Shown here: positions 12,151-24,849 of the stretch, piece by piece
How the letters are laid out: every line of letters begins with the position of its first letter
How positions within the stretch are numbered: the stretch's first letter is position 1
Assembly (NCBI GenBank): GCA_965649765.1
Contig: OZ287756.1
Location: 36,270,001-36,334,000, forward strand
Source of the DNA: Bispira polyomma
Taxonomy: Eukaryota
Length of the DNA: 64,000 nucleotides
Direction of reading: 5' to 3'
Translations under genes and position numbers: made by a program
The notes under the pieces: model-generated
What the model was told of the DNA's origin: nothing
The model's input: the letters and a program-made list of their open reading frames with translations, nothing else
Database searches by the model: none

Positions 12151-12826
12151 CATGTGTACATATGACTAGTGAGTAAGAGTTAGTTTTATATTTTTTTGGC
12201 CTCACAGACTTCTATTTCAGCAATGATTTTGTTTAAAACAATGTATGTATTTGTGAGCTGTTTGTTTCTCCTGTAAAGCCGATGTAAAGTAGGTTATATA
12301 AGAGAAAATATACACTAAAAGAAATAAATAGTTTCTTAATCACTTTAATAACCAAAATTAGACATTATATATTTATTAAAGTACTGTATAGATAGAATAA
12401 AATTCAGTTAAATTATAAGTTTCAGTAATTAGTCTCCTTTTAATGAAAACCCTATCACAAAGATGCGTTTTCTGGGAATTATGGTTAAAATTAAAGGGTA
12501 AAAATTGTGAAACAGTTAAAAATTATTTCTAGTGAAAATGTTAAATTATACGACATACAAATAATAATATATACAATTTTTCCTTTATCTGCTATTATAT
12601 TAACCATATTCCTGTCGAAAATGTACCTTTCTTGTGTTCACTCAATGATGACAAGCATAAAACAAAGCAAATCTTCATTATCAATAAATTGATGGACCAT
12701 AGTAAAACATGATTATGGTGTTTCCGCAAAAATTTACGTGCTGCCTAAAACTGCATCTGACCGTTCAAACTGCTACACCACTGAATAAGCAATTTTCTAT
12801 TGTGCTGAGGCTATATATTTATATAT

Positions 12827-13609
12827 GTTGTATTGAAAGTAGATAACCGTTGAATGTATACATTCCATGGCTTAACTGTTGAATGTGTACATTCCACAGG
12901 CTAGTCATCCAGCTGACATCCATGGAATGTATAGATTTAATAAGTATATTGTGGAGAGTGTACATTCCACAGTGCAGATCATGAAATGTAGATAAAATTT
13001 ATTAATGTTATTATTTCAATATGTACAAATCAGTTTGATTTCTTTCTGTAACCATATCTGTATTGTTAATCCTTACTTAAAAGAAGGTATCTCTTAAATG
13101 GATTAGTATATCAAGGGGGTAAATAGGTCTTTTAATTATACTGCCTACCTAGCTGTAAAAGTAGAGGGTGTTGCTTTGATCTTAATAGCAATTAAATGGA
13201 TTAGTATACCAACGGGGTAAACACTAAATAGGTCTTTTATTTATACACTTTGATATTAATGAACTCCTGAAGATAACAAAATATATACTGCTTTGATCTT
13301 CCTAAGAAACTGGTATAAATACTGGGATGAAGGAGAGCAAGTTTATTTATTTCTATCATGGCAGTATCAAGATTACAACAATTTTTGTAAATGTTTTCCT
13401 TGTAATATGTGTTCGCTTTCTTTAATTTTTATGCACCTTTGTTTTTGTACTCCACCTTTAATGACTCAGCCCATTAGCTGTTGAATGTATACTCTCCACA
13501 GATAAATCATTGAATGTATACATTCAACAAAATGACCATTGAATGTACACATTCAACAGTTGGTGCCATGGAATGTATACATTCAACGGTTATCTACTTT
13601 CAATACCTC
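12827..13609. mobile_element. Non-autonomous TIR DNA transposon (MITE) in a TA-rich site
   Basis: Perfect 42 bp inverted repeat gtattgaaagtagataaccgttgaatgtatacattccatggc (12830-12871 / 13565-13606), flanked by (TA)n, with repeated subterminal palindromes gaatgtatacattc. Confidence 0.9.
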
Positions 13610-13777
13610 ATATATATATATATACATATATATATTGTTAAATAAGCTATATATATTAACAGTCATGTCTGCAGTCAGGGGTAACATATAACATTGTCCA
13701 TGACACATAAATTTGCTGCAGTCTATGATATCTTAGTAGTAGTCCCTGTCTGGTCCTGTCTACATCACTAGTCAACT

Positions 13778-13914
13778 GGGCTGGTGCTATTCATAAGGAT
13801 TCTTAATCTGAAAATTTAATTTGTATAAACCAATTTGATTGGCTGAAAATATTGGTTTTTAAGAATTCGATTGGCTATGAAGTCTACTGTAAGAATGTTT
13901 GTGAATACAGCCCC
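13778..13914. mobile_element. Short MITE (Harbinger-like termini); related copy at ~19005-19135
   Basis: Imperfect TIRs gggc..tattcataaggattctta / taagaatgtttgtgaatacagcccc with two internal gattggct motifs. The same design occurs inverted at ~19005-19135. Confidence 0.6.
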
Positions 13915-13951
13915 TGGTCACTTGGTCCTCTGTGTTAAGTGTGAGAGTGGA

Positions 13952-14185
13952 CTAACTGGGCGGTTCTGACTGTAGAGTGGGGTGGTGCTGTGTACTGTTA
14001 GTACTACCCAGTGGGTGGGACTCTGTGTCTGAGTCCAGGTCTGGTTGGTCTGGCTGAGTGGTAGGGCTGGTGAGGGGTCTGAGGTCAGATACTGACTCTA
14101 CAGTCTCCTTATCACACATGTACATACACTCCAGAGAGTCCTCGCTGTCTGAAGCAGGTAACCTCTGGCATTTACCTTCTATACC
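13952..14185 (-). CDS. Terminal exon of a spliced type I membrane protein (acidic S/T/P-rich cytoplasmic tail)
   Basis: ttttag acceptor, phase 0, 77 codons (GIEGKCQRLP...LQSEPPS) ending in TAG; phase matches the upstream exon. Confidence 0.75.
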   Translation of the reverse strand, partial: GIEGKCQRLPASDSEDSLECMYMCDKETVESVSDLRPLTSPTTQPDQPDLDSDTESHPLGSTNSTQHHPTLQSEPPS

Positions 14186-14884
14186 CTAAAACACAGGTTA
14201 CATACATGTTTAAGTTACCATTTGCAGACTTACAGTTAAATATATACACTGTGTAGTTGTTATATATGTTATAGGTTCAGACACCTAAATGTATTTTTTG
14301 GAAAAAGAAGATTTATGTATCTATACACTAATACAACTGTTTTTCATTCCATTCAGATAATAAATAGATATTCAAACAGCAATGTGTAGCAATATTTGTA
14401 TCATTAACAAACTGGGCTGAAGATCAATCATTAGGGCTAGTAATTCCCCTTGAGGAAATACGCTTTTAGTCTTAAACCCCACCCCAAAACAACTTGATAG
14501 TCACTTATGCAGCTCCAATAGATTGGAAGAAGCTTCCATCTGATTTCTACAATGAGGCAAGCCTAAATATTTTCAACAGAAGAGACCTAAAGTCATGCTG
14601 CTGCTAGTGAATGGAATAAGCTACCTACTGGTGTCTGCAATGGGACAAGCCTAAGTGCTTTCAGAAGAGAGTTACAGTCATATCTTTCCAGGAAGGCTGG
14701 TGCTCCTTAAAGATTTCTCTGAGGGCACATATTTTTATTATGAATCCTATAATGTACCTGGACTATGCCATTAGTTAACTGCATAAATAGTGCACCTTAG
14801 GATGTAATGCCTGGACATCAATTTTGGTCAATCAGAAGTTTTTTATGATATAAAAAAGGGTAAAATAAACTGAAAGATACTGAC

Positions 14885-14999
14885 CTCCTCATAACACTGA
14901 TTCTCAAATGCCCTGGATTTGGAGGACCTGCTTTTGCCACGTTTTAGCACACTTCTGTGGAAAGGATTAAACACCACAAACTCCCTGGCCTGATACCTT
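14885..14999 (-). CDS. Juxtamembrane cytoplasmic exon with FENQCY motif
   Basis: tatttcag acceptor and gtcagt donor; 115 nt, phase 2 to 0; encodes RYQAREFVVFNPFHRSVLKRGKSRSSKSRAFENQCYEE. Confidence 0.75.
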
Positions 15000-15089
15000 C
15001 TGAAATAACAGACCAATGTGCGTGGTATGTGAGGGGTATATGAACCATCTGATATCAGATGTCTATAAAAACATGTCGTTCTGTCTGAA

Positions 15090-16255
15090 AACATGTGGAT
15101 ATGTCTGAGAATATAGAAATAGGATTTCTATGTGTATATAGGAACATGTGGTTTTGTCTGACAATATGTGGATATGTTTGAGAATATGTGGTTATGTCTG
15201 ATAACACATGGGTATGTATGATAACATGTGGTTATGTCTGCGAACATATGGCTATGTACGAGAACACATAGTTAGCAAAGAAACATGTGGATATGTCAGC
15301 GAATTTGTGTTTATGTCTGATAACATATGTGTTATGTCTGAGAATACGTTGTTATATCTGAAAACACACACTTATGGCTGAGAGCACATGATTATGGCTG
15401 AGAAAATGTAGAATAATAATTTAATGATATACAAGGACATGTCTGACAAAATAATTATTGGAGACTATATAAGTGTGTCTAAGAACATGTCTGAGAACAA
15501 ATGTTTGTATCTGAGACCAATTGGGTATGGCTTAGGCCATTTGATTGTATCAGAAATTAACTGGGTATGGCTTAGAACAAATGGTTGTATCAGAAGTTAA
15601 CTTGGTATGGCTTAAAACAAATGGTTATAACAGAAACTAACTAGGTATGGCTTAAAACAAACGGTTGTATCACAAATTAACTGGGTATGGCTGAGAACAA
15701 ATGGTTGTATCTAAGACCAATTAGATATGGCTTAGAACAAATGGTTATATCATAAACTAACTGGGTATGTCTTAGAACAAATGTTTGTATCAGAAACTAA
15801 CTGGGTATTGCTTAAAACAAATGGTTGTATCAGAAACTAACTGGGTATGACTGAGAACAAATGGTTGTATCTGAGACCAATTGGGTGTAGCTGAGAACAA
15901 ATGGTTGTATCAGAAACTAACTGGGTATTGCTCAAACAATGGTTGTATCAGAAACTAACTGGGTATTGCCTAAAACAAATGGTTGTATCATAAACTAACT
16001 GGGTAAGGCTTAGAACAAATGGTTGTATCAGAAACTAACTGGGTATGGCTGAGAACAAATGGTTGTATCATAAACTAACTGGGTATGACTTAGAACAAAT
16101 GGTTATATCAGAAACTAACTAGGTATGGGTTAAAACAAACGGTTGTATCACAAACTAACTGGGTATGGCTGAGAACAAATGGTTGTATCAGAGACCAATT
16201 GGGTATGGCTTGGAACAAATGGTTGTATCAGAAACTAACTGGGTATGACTGGGAA
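15090..16255. repeat. Intronic minisatellite: degenerate 20 bp units (15090-15400) and ~19 x 40 bp units (15490-16255)
   Basis: Units atgtggttatgtctgagaac and aaatggttgtatcagaaactaactgggtatggcttagaac; related 20-mers recur at ~17010-17150. Confidence 0.95.
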
Positions 16256-17289
16256 GATGTGGTTACTTCTGGAAATAGTTAATATTAGGTAATTTTTGGT
16301 ATGACGCAGTTTCTTGACCTTGTTTGCTGGAATCCTACATCATATTGGTCTATGCTCATGTAATCACTCACCCCCGTTTTCACTAAAATTTTGATGTTTC
16401 GCCCAGTGGGCGCTTCCGCGGATGATTTTCGTATTTGGAATAATAATGAAGATATTGGGCTACTGTACATTTAATTGTCATTTTGGCCGAATAATTTTAT
16501 AGTTCTGGTAATAAGAAATAATATATATCAGTGTGCCAAAAAAAATTTACTCTTGAATATCTACCAACTACAAAAATAATAATGTTTAAGTTTGAAGAAC
16601 AAAAAATATTTATCCAATATAGAGTAATGTTTTCTGAAGAATACCAATTTCACTTTTTCTCCAATATTTTACATCCACTTTGTAATAGTACAAATTGTTC
16701 AATCTATTTCTTACCAATTTGTATAGTTCAGTATTATTATTCTAGGCAACCATCATCTAGTATAATGTTCTAATATAAAGTACAAGTACAATGTTCTAAT
16801 GTATTGGTCTAGTAATTACTTTTAAGTAAAATGTCCAGTGTTTCTGCATATTCTATGTGTATGATGATAAATTTAAATATTATGAGAGAACCGGTCAACT
16901 TATTGTGTAGTTTTTTTTTGTTTTTTTTGTAACAGAGAAAAATGATGATAAAGATATAAATTTTAAAAAAATATTAGTAGATTGCATGTAGCGATGTTAT
17001 GGAAGATGTGCTTATGTTTGAGAACAGCAGCTTATGTCTGAGAACAGCGGCTTATGTCTGAGAACAGCGGCTTATGTTTGAGAACACAATTTATGTCTGA
17101 CAACTTATTTGACAACATGTCACAGAAGAGAAGGATTATGTTCGAGAACATGTTATTGTAACAAATCATTATTGTTAACATATATACTTCTAAAAATAAA
17201 ATTGCAAAGCCAAAACATGGCAATCTAGTATTTTATGCTGTACAGTATTATTAAGCTACACCATATTTTGAGTGACTGTTAACACCAAT

Positions 17290-17990
17290 ATCACACAGGT
17301 TATAAACCTATCCCACGGCTATTGTGTGTGATGACGTAGTCACTGACACAAGCAGCACATGGTAAATCTTTCAAAGGCAATTTCACAGTCGACTGGTACC
17401 TACTGTTTAACAGACACAGAGCTTTTTATTGTGTTCTGAGGCAAGTGACTTGATCTTTTGTAGCCACATTTTTCTTTCTTAGATGCAACATATTCAGTAG
17501 CTGTTTTGTGCTCTAGATGCAAGGACTTTAACAGAAATATCTGTAACAAGGGTTTCAGATTGTCCAGGCATAAATTATTATATTAGACCAGTATTTTGTA
17601 TTGCCACTTCCAGGGTTATAAATCACATACCTAGATCTGTCCTCTAATGCCATTTTTAGGGCAAAATCTGATGTTTCATCCTATTTTCATGGCATATATT
17701 CACTTATATTGGTCCATTTGACACATAAATGAAATCTTTCCTGTTTTCGAATTGAAAACTATTTTACTGATTTCTCTTCAGTTGTAATTTACACTGAAAA
17801 CTTTTCATGTAACATTCTATCTGTGTATTAAATTTTTATTATCTGATTCGCAAAAACTGCACGAAAAACTGGTGTAACTCATATCTAAAAATCATATGAA
17901 AATGTTATTTTTTGTTGTTTTTTTTCCCGAAAATAAAATTTGTGATCCATAAGGTTGTAATCCCAGACATTTTTAGAAAAAAAAACCATT
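17290..17990 (-). mobile_element. Possible piggyBac-like DNA transposon relic
   Basis: Minus strand ~17350-17500 gives a decayed cysteine-rich C-terminus (KRSSH..KKLC..DCEIAFERF); termini were not established. Confidence 0.3.
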
Positions 17991-18336
17991 TGACACTGTT
18001 TATACATTTAATTTTTTGAACATTTATTTTTTCTCTTAGCCAGGTGTAGTTGGTTTTCTTTCAGAATGTATTTATATTGGTCCTTATTGATCTACCATTT
18101 TCTAAGGCGCTCATTGTCTGAAGGGGACAGTCCTACAACATAGCCTGACATGTTTACATCTTGCCCAAGGGTATTATTCCCAGTCGAACCAGGATCTTGT
18201 GATCATCAAACCAACACCCCCAACTGGGAGTGGAACCGGGTGGCCTTCTGAACACCAGATCAACTCTTAAACCACTAGAGAATGGGATTTAAAAGAAAAA
18301 ATAAAGACCTTAAAATGTAGTTGTTGAAAAACTTAC

Positions 18337-18498
18337 TTCTTTTTGTGGAGGAAGTAGACTATAAAGGCCACTGCTAGAGCAATGACAATGATAAAAAAGA
18401 GGAGTCCCATCAGCCAGGCATAGCTGTTTTTTGCTAGAAATGGGTAAGCAGCAAGCACTCCGGTCTGGTTAGCACAGCTCCCACCAGGCCGGGAACAG
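18337..18498 (-). CDS. Transmembrane exon of the spliced type I membrane protein
   Basis: ttttacag acceptor (an alternative tttctag would start the exon at 18433); canonical gtaagt donor, phase 2; encodes ...YAWLMGLLFFIIVIALAVAFIVYFLHKK (TM plus basic stop-transfer). Confidence 0.8.
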
Positions 18499-19349
18499 CT
18501 GTAAAACATGTACTGTATGTATAGGTAAGCAGAAAATACTCCGGTCTGATTAGCACAGCTCCCACCAGGCCGACGAACAGCTGAAAAACAGGTACTGTGT
18601 GTATAAGTAAGTAACAAGCACTCCGGTCTGCTTAACACAGCTACCACCCAACTAAGAACAGCTGAAAAACAGTATATGTGCAGGTAAAAAACACATACAA
18701 TTATATATGCTAAAACTTGTACTTATAACTAGGTGAGGGGACAACCACTCAGGTGTTGTTACCACCGGGCTGGAAACAGCTGCAAAACCCTATTTAGTTT
18801 CTGCAACTGAAAAATACACATCACAATATACACATCAAATGAAATGTCTACACTTGTAGAATGTTCTACAATGAATTGCTGATGCAACTCATGTGCTCCA
18901 AGTATAAGTCTCTACGATTCCCTATATAATGTTTACAAAATTGTTATGCCAAAACTCTTATTGTAAATACATAATTTGATCAACAGGCAAAACATACCAC
19001 ATATACCATATTCGTAAACATACTTAGAATTGTCTTAGTTTCAGCCAATCAGATTACTTCAGACAGTTTGACCAGCCAATCAAATTAGCTGCCACACACA
19101 TTTGAGAGTAGGAATCTTTGTGAAGACCAGACCTTTAAAAATATGCTATTGGTAGTCATAGTGTTTGTTTTATACAGTGTCTTTAAGGGTTCAGTTTACA
19201 AGAGTTTGCTTGATGGTTTCATGTTATCCTATAGCATGAGGGTTTTTTTCTTATCACACTCTCCAGAACCAATCCAGACTCAACTCCCGGGGGTTTACCA
19301 CACCCCAATCTACAGCACTGGCTGTATCAGTACTTTATAGTGCACGTTT

Positions 19350-20280
19350 TTTTTAATTCTCTCCTATCTTCTTAAGTTTAGGCAATTTAACTGGTGACCT
19401 TAAACAGTGACAATTAATTCCTAGTGAAAATTTAAATTTCCCTTGTAAAGTAGTTTCACCATAAAGGAGGTTCTTCCGTTGTGGGCTCTCTACTGAATGA
19501 CAACTTCCATTGGTTTTAAGAGCTTTCTCTACTTCAACCTAAAACCTCCACGACACTCCAGCCAAGTTTAATCACTTAGAAAGGGAAGCAGACTGTTTGG
19601 CAGTCTTCTGGAAAACCTGATTACATTTTGGAGGGTTTTTTTCTTAAAGAACTAAACGACTGTACCATGTCAGTGGGAATGTGCCTGCCACATAAATCGG
19701 TGTTAAACTTTTCTGCCCACAATATTTTATCTTTTGCTATTTGATTTCAAACATAGTTTTTATTTGAAATGCTAAGTTTTAACAAAGACGTCATGTTCAA
19801 TAATTCATAAAAATGCCAGCTACCTTTATTAGGAATAGGCAATAATTTCTAATAAGGAGGGGAGATCGGTCTGTCAAAAAGATTTTCCTTTATATCAAAT
19901 TTAGCCAGGAAACTTTTTAAAGATTGTTTAATTTTAAAATATTCTAGAAAATTTGTTTTCACTTTATATAATTGAGATATTTTCTCCAACTTCATAATAC
20001 TACCATCATGATTTAAAAGATCCAATGGGGTACATATTCCTGCATAATATCAATGTGGTATGACGTCATGTTTGTTCAATTTTAACAAATCCTTGATTTT
20101 CAGAATTGTAACACCCTTTGTGTCTTTGATGGATCTATATTCTGGTTGTTAATTGATTTGGCCTTTTTGTATTGCATCGAGTCTGCTATGACATTCTACA
20201 GATTCTAATAATTAATTGATGTAACCATCTCTTATATTTACATTTGACTCTTCTGATAAAGACATCATATCAATGATGGG
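19350..20280 (-). mobile_element. Tx1/L1-clade LINE ORF2 C-terminal relic
   Basis: Minus frame YYAGICTPLDLLNHDGSIMKLEKISQLYKVKTNFLEYFKIK is typical of the post-RT region of Tx1-like elements. Confidence 0.65.
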
Positions 20281-20389
20281 GTGACCAAATTGTGAGGTTT
20301 TGTACCTGACACAAAGCATCCCTGACTGACAGAAGAAGGACTATTTGCAGTAACTGCTATGAGACCCTGGGAGTTCCCCAGCCACTTAC

Positions 20390-20549
20390 CCCGTCACAAG
20401 GCAGTAATTAGATTGCTAGTAACAGTACACATCCCATCCTATTTAACTTGGTGATGACCTTTGGACAGGATTATTACAATTTGTGTCCCCAAATCCCAGA
20501 GCTAGCCCAGGAGAGGGACATGTTTTACTGGCTGTGTGCGATAGACAAT
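20390..20549 (-). pseudogene. Exon with Link-module-like C-terminal half (two in-frame stops)
   Basis: ctatacag acceptor and gtaagt donor, phase 1 to 2 (compatible with the 18498 acceptor). Reads CLSHTASKTCPSPGLALGFGDTNCNNPVQRSSPS*IGWDVYCY*QSNYCLVT; GFGxT...WDxYCY recalls Link domains. Confidence 0.5.
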
Positions 20550-20689
20550 CTGTATAGGAAGCCAGGGGTTTAGTGTAATATAGGGAATTATAGAGACTGT
20601 GAGATCAAGAGGTAAGTAATGAGGGAATGTCCAGCATTCTATATGTGAGATGTATCTTTTATTTCCTTCAAACTGTACATCAAGTCCAA

Positions 20690-21150
20690 AACAAATATAG
20701 GTTGATCAGCATATTGTTTTTGACAAATATCGGTTGATCTGCAGATTTTATAATAACAAACATAGGTTGATTAGCAGATTGTATAATACCAAATAAAGAT
20801 TGATCAGCAGATTGTTCAGATTGTTTAAAAACAAACATAGGTTGATCACCAGATTGTATAATAACAAACATAGGTTGATCACCAGATTGTATAATAACAA
20901 ACATAGGTTGATCAGCAGATTGTTTAATAACATAGGTTGATCAGCAGATTGTTGTATGACAAATATAGGTTGATCAGCAGATTGTTGTATGACAAATATA
21001 GGTTGATCAGCAGATTGTTGTATGACAAATATAGGTTGATCAGCAGATTGTTTAATAACACACAGAGGTTGATCAGTAGATTGTTTAATAACAAATATAG
21101 GATGATCAACAGATTGTTTAATAACACACAGAGGTTGATCAGTAGGTTCT
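20690..21150. repeat. 33 bp minisatellite (~13 copies)
   Basis: Unit acaaatataggttgatcagcagattgtttaata and variants; explains the repetitive ORFs on both strands. Confidence 0.95.
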
Positions 21151-21714
21151 TTAATAATGTATAGCTTTGCAATCAGTTAATCACTACAAAGAATGACCCC
21201 TCCTCTACCATCCGCCAAATTACACTGGCACTTTTAAATCATTGGCAAGTCTACTTACTGAGCTGACTCAGCCACCACGCAGAAAACAGAAAACTAATCG
21301 TGTTGGTTGTTGGTCTGGTTTAACACCTGTATGGTCACAACCAGACAACACACTTCACACTTCATGGGAAAAACTAGATATGTCCATAATAAGATAAAGC
21401 ATTACCATCTGGGTGATGTTTGAACATTGGTATGCATTGCCTGCTTTGATATTTTCAAGTTCGAATAAAACAACAGTTGAGTCATCTCTTGCTTGGAACC
21501 CAATGGCTTATAACCCAAGTGTGACGTGTGGTGACATGGCTTTAGTAATTTTACCACCCTTGTACATTTACAAAAAAAGATATTGACACTGCTGTATAAT
21601 TTTGTCATTTTGTTTGTTTTCTTTCGTTTTTGTTTTATTGTTTAAAAAAATGTATCATTTACACTATAAATAAATAACTAAAAATTGAATCTTTCAGAAT
21701 TTATATAAAATTGT

Positions 21715-21904
21715 ACTTGACATAAACAAGAAATATTTCCAAAATCTGCCAGTTCCAAATGGTCATCTTAGCTATGACAGAAATGTGATATCTATGTGTG
21801 AGTCTCAAGCGTGGGCCTCTGTGTGCAGGAGGAGTCCTCCAGTGTAAACCTCAGCCCACTTTGCTCAGTCCCATAGTAGTCTTGTCTTAACTATACAACC
21901 TTCA
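21715..21904 (-). pseudogene. Possible exon with Link-module-like N-terminal half (decayed)
   Basis: tttatag acceptor, phase 1: KVV*LRQDYYGTEQSGLRFTLEDSSCTQRPTLETHT*, resembling VFHLR..GxYxLTFxxAxxxC...ATLAT. No clean donor was found. Confidence 0.35.
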
Positions 21905-22279
21905 CTATAAACCCAATGTATAGATTTCTGTGCTGACCATGAAGTCAGAAGATCAGCTAAATTTGCTGGACCTCTTCAACACACACACATGCCCACTTTA
22001 TTTATACATGTACATTTGTGTGTCCAAAACTTCATTTAAAAGACATTCAGTGTAGCAATTGAATTTCCAATAGACAGGAGATAACTAAAGTCTAGGATTT
22101 GGGGGCTTCCTTGTATCTATGGCAATGAATCAATGATGACGCTCACTGCTGCATTAAATGTGGTGTAGTGGTACACAAGAATCTCTAAATGACCGTCAGT
22201 TGTAACTATTCGGCAAAAGCCAGCAAAGGCACCTGGCAACCAAATAAAGGGCCTGTGGTATGAAATGTAGCAAATTATT

Positions 22280-22490
22280 TGTTCAGAGGGTGAAACAGAC
22301 TTCATAACAAGTTTTAAAGATCACACAATATTGTGAATTTAGTGGTCAGAAGGTGAAACAGGCTTTATAACAAGTTCTAAAGATCCCAAAAAATGTTGTA
22401 GTAAGAGGGTGAAACAGACTTTATAGCAAGTTCTAAAGATAATAAAATATGTCAAATTTAGTGGTCAGAGAGTGAAACGGGCTTTATAAT
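22280..22490. repeat. Degenerate ~55-65 bp tandem repeat (4 copies)
   Basis: Recurring gggtgaaacagactttataacaagttctaaagat. Confidence 0.8.
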
Positions 22491-22549
22491 TGTTGTATTG
22501 ATGCACAGACTATTGTTTTTTTCAAAGCTTAACACTGTTATTTGATATT

Positions 22550-24620
22550 CAAAATAAATACAAGAACCTGGTTCCATGATGTATATACATTCAAGGCTTT
22601 GCCCACATGTTCAGTACCTTGTCACCTAACTTTTGCAGGTTCTAGACTAGGTTAAAAGCTACTTGATTATTCACCAGGTAATACTTGGTTCACGGTGGAC
22701 GGAAAAAAAGGGTCATTACCAGAATAGGAGTTGGTGATGGTAAAACTATCTATCAAAAAACAACTTCTGACAACACACCACAAATACCTTTTTACTGTAG
22801 TAAGTGAATCTGTAAAGATCGCCCTAATATATATGCTAATCTAAAGTAGCAATGATTATTTAACCATGAGCAAAGTCTAGCAGTCATAAACAATATACAC
22901 CGTAGCTGCAACTATGTCTAGTTGGGGAAATTTGCTTTTTATATACTAAAAGAGATAATACAAAATACTGACTCTGAAAACTTTATGAGAGAAACCTTTT
23001 CAAACAGCAAGATTTATCAATCTGGGCTATAATTAAGACAACATAGCCAGCCTTTCAAAAAGACACTTATTAAATGTTGATACACATGTATTTCTTTGTA
23101 CTTACCCAATAAATGCCAAAAATACCCTGTGTACTGCCATAATTTGTACTCTTTGAAAACTGGTCCTCTTCTACAAAACTCCTCGGACTGATATGTCACA
23201 TAAAATCAACTATTCTCTCCCTTTCTCTATATTTAGCCCCAGTTTTCATGGAGAACAATTAAACATATTAAACACACTGCTGACCACATGCTCTACACAT
23301 GTATATCTCAACTTTGGCCTGTATTTTTCCACCTCCCTGTTTTCACAATACTACGTTCAATCTGCTTTGCTATACCCAGATTCTTCCTGGTCATACATTA
23401 AATGTTGTTTGCACACAGTAATAGTCCATCCTATTTGCAGCCCCCTCCCGCTATCAGAATTCTCTTCTCCCCATGTATCAGTAAATGGCCCCTGTTTTGC
23501 CACCATCTAATGACACCCTAAAACTCTCCCCTTGTGCTCAAACACACACAAAAATGCTCCTAACAAATCACATTACAAAGAAATAGTTGGTGAACCCTTC
23601 CTCCCCCTAGAACTCCTTAGTTCTCCAACTTCCCTGATATAGAACCCAATTGGAAGTGGAGGGGAGGGATTTTCTGGTTCTACTGCCAGTGTGTGGGGGG
23701 ATTTTACAGGAGATACCCGGATTCAGGGGTTTTTGTGTGACAATTTCAAGACTGCTCTCAGTCGCAAATCATCAGCAAATGGGGTAGAACCTGCTAGTAT
23801 AACAGTTATCAGGGAGAGCTGCTCGTGGATACAGGGAGTTATGATGAGAGCTTAACCAGCGAAAAACAAAAAGTTATGGGCACCTAAAAGTGACACTTAG
23901 AGTGTTATAACACAGGTTCTAATCCCACAGCAGTGATTCCGGCCTGTACATTGAACATTCTGAACAGGTTTCCACTGCTCGCCTGCAATTATTTGATCTG
24001 CCCCAATGTACTATAGGGTTTTGTTTGGTTGTCTCTGTTTAAACAGTCTGATATGAGTGACTTATTACTGCTGGAATAGTCTGGTTCCCTGTGGTCATTT
24101 CTTATTGCTAGTTTGGTAGACCTTTAGCAAATGTATCACTGGGCGAGAATAGTGTTTTTTTGACTATATAAACTAAAGAAAAGTGTAATGAATCTTATAA
24201 TGTGGCCTTTAAATACTTTCCAGTAGGAACTAGAATTAGGTTAACATATTCTTCAAAAGTTGCTCATAACATAGTGTTCAAAATCTGACAGAGTGTCATA
24301 TTTCTCTCTGTGGACGGTATAAACCGGAGATAGAGAACTAGAAAGTTGGAAATATCTGACATAACACCAGGATGATAGAATTAACTGTCAGTTTCAAATA
24401 TTCTGACACATGCATTATCTGTGAGTTTTCTGTCTTAAGTTACTTTGCTGAATTAATGGGTCTGTCTTTGTGAACTAAATCTTGTCTGCTGAATTAATGG
24501 GGTTTAATCAGATTGAACGCTTGCTCATAGTTTAACATTTATTCAAAAACCTCTGAATCTTTTTTCAATGACCATTGACTTTTAATTTTAGTCTACTTCA
24601 TTGACGGAAGTATCTACAAG
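22550..24620 (-). pseudogene. Decayed TLR relic R1 (LRR-LRRCT-TM-TIR)
   Basis: Minus strand: PSDTFAKGLPN (~24115-24145), NLCYNTL (~23900), LMICD* (~23765); TIR-like YGVYCL*LLDFAHG*III (~22850-22905) and YSKKVFVVCCQKLFFDR* (~22745-22800). Confidence 0.6.
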
Positions 24621-24849
24621 AGACAAACATAATATGTGTTATAAACCTAAATTAAAGAGACCGCCTGAGTTAGTGGTGTGATAAGAGGGAATACACTCAC
24701 ACAATTATATTGTTACCTTCAGGGTGTAAGGTTGGGTAGGTAATGCCCTGGTCCCACGAGATGTACGTTAGTTTATGTAAGTCATGCAAGGGCCATGTAT
24801 ATAGTTGCTGCAAAAGTTGATGCAAAAACTTAAATATTGCTTTTCTTCA

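Noticed and set aside
15490-16255. CRISPR-like appearance of regular repeats (also 20690-21150 and 32825-33245)
   Set aside because: Head-to-tail units with no unique spacers, no cas genes, and a eukaryotic context.
20225-20272. YDVFI on the minus strand resembling TIR box 1
   Set aside because: It lies within the Tx1 LINE relic and no further TIR boxes follow.
20680-21172. Leu/Asn-rich repetitive ORFs on both strands
   Set aside because: By-products of a 33 bp (multiple of 3) minisatellite.
22117-22305. Possible first (signal peptide) exon of the Link-like gene
   Set aside because: An acceptor-like site is present, but no frame and donor combination links convincingly to the downstream exons.
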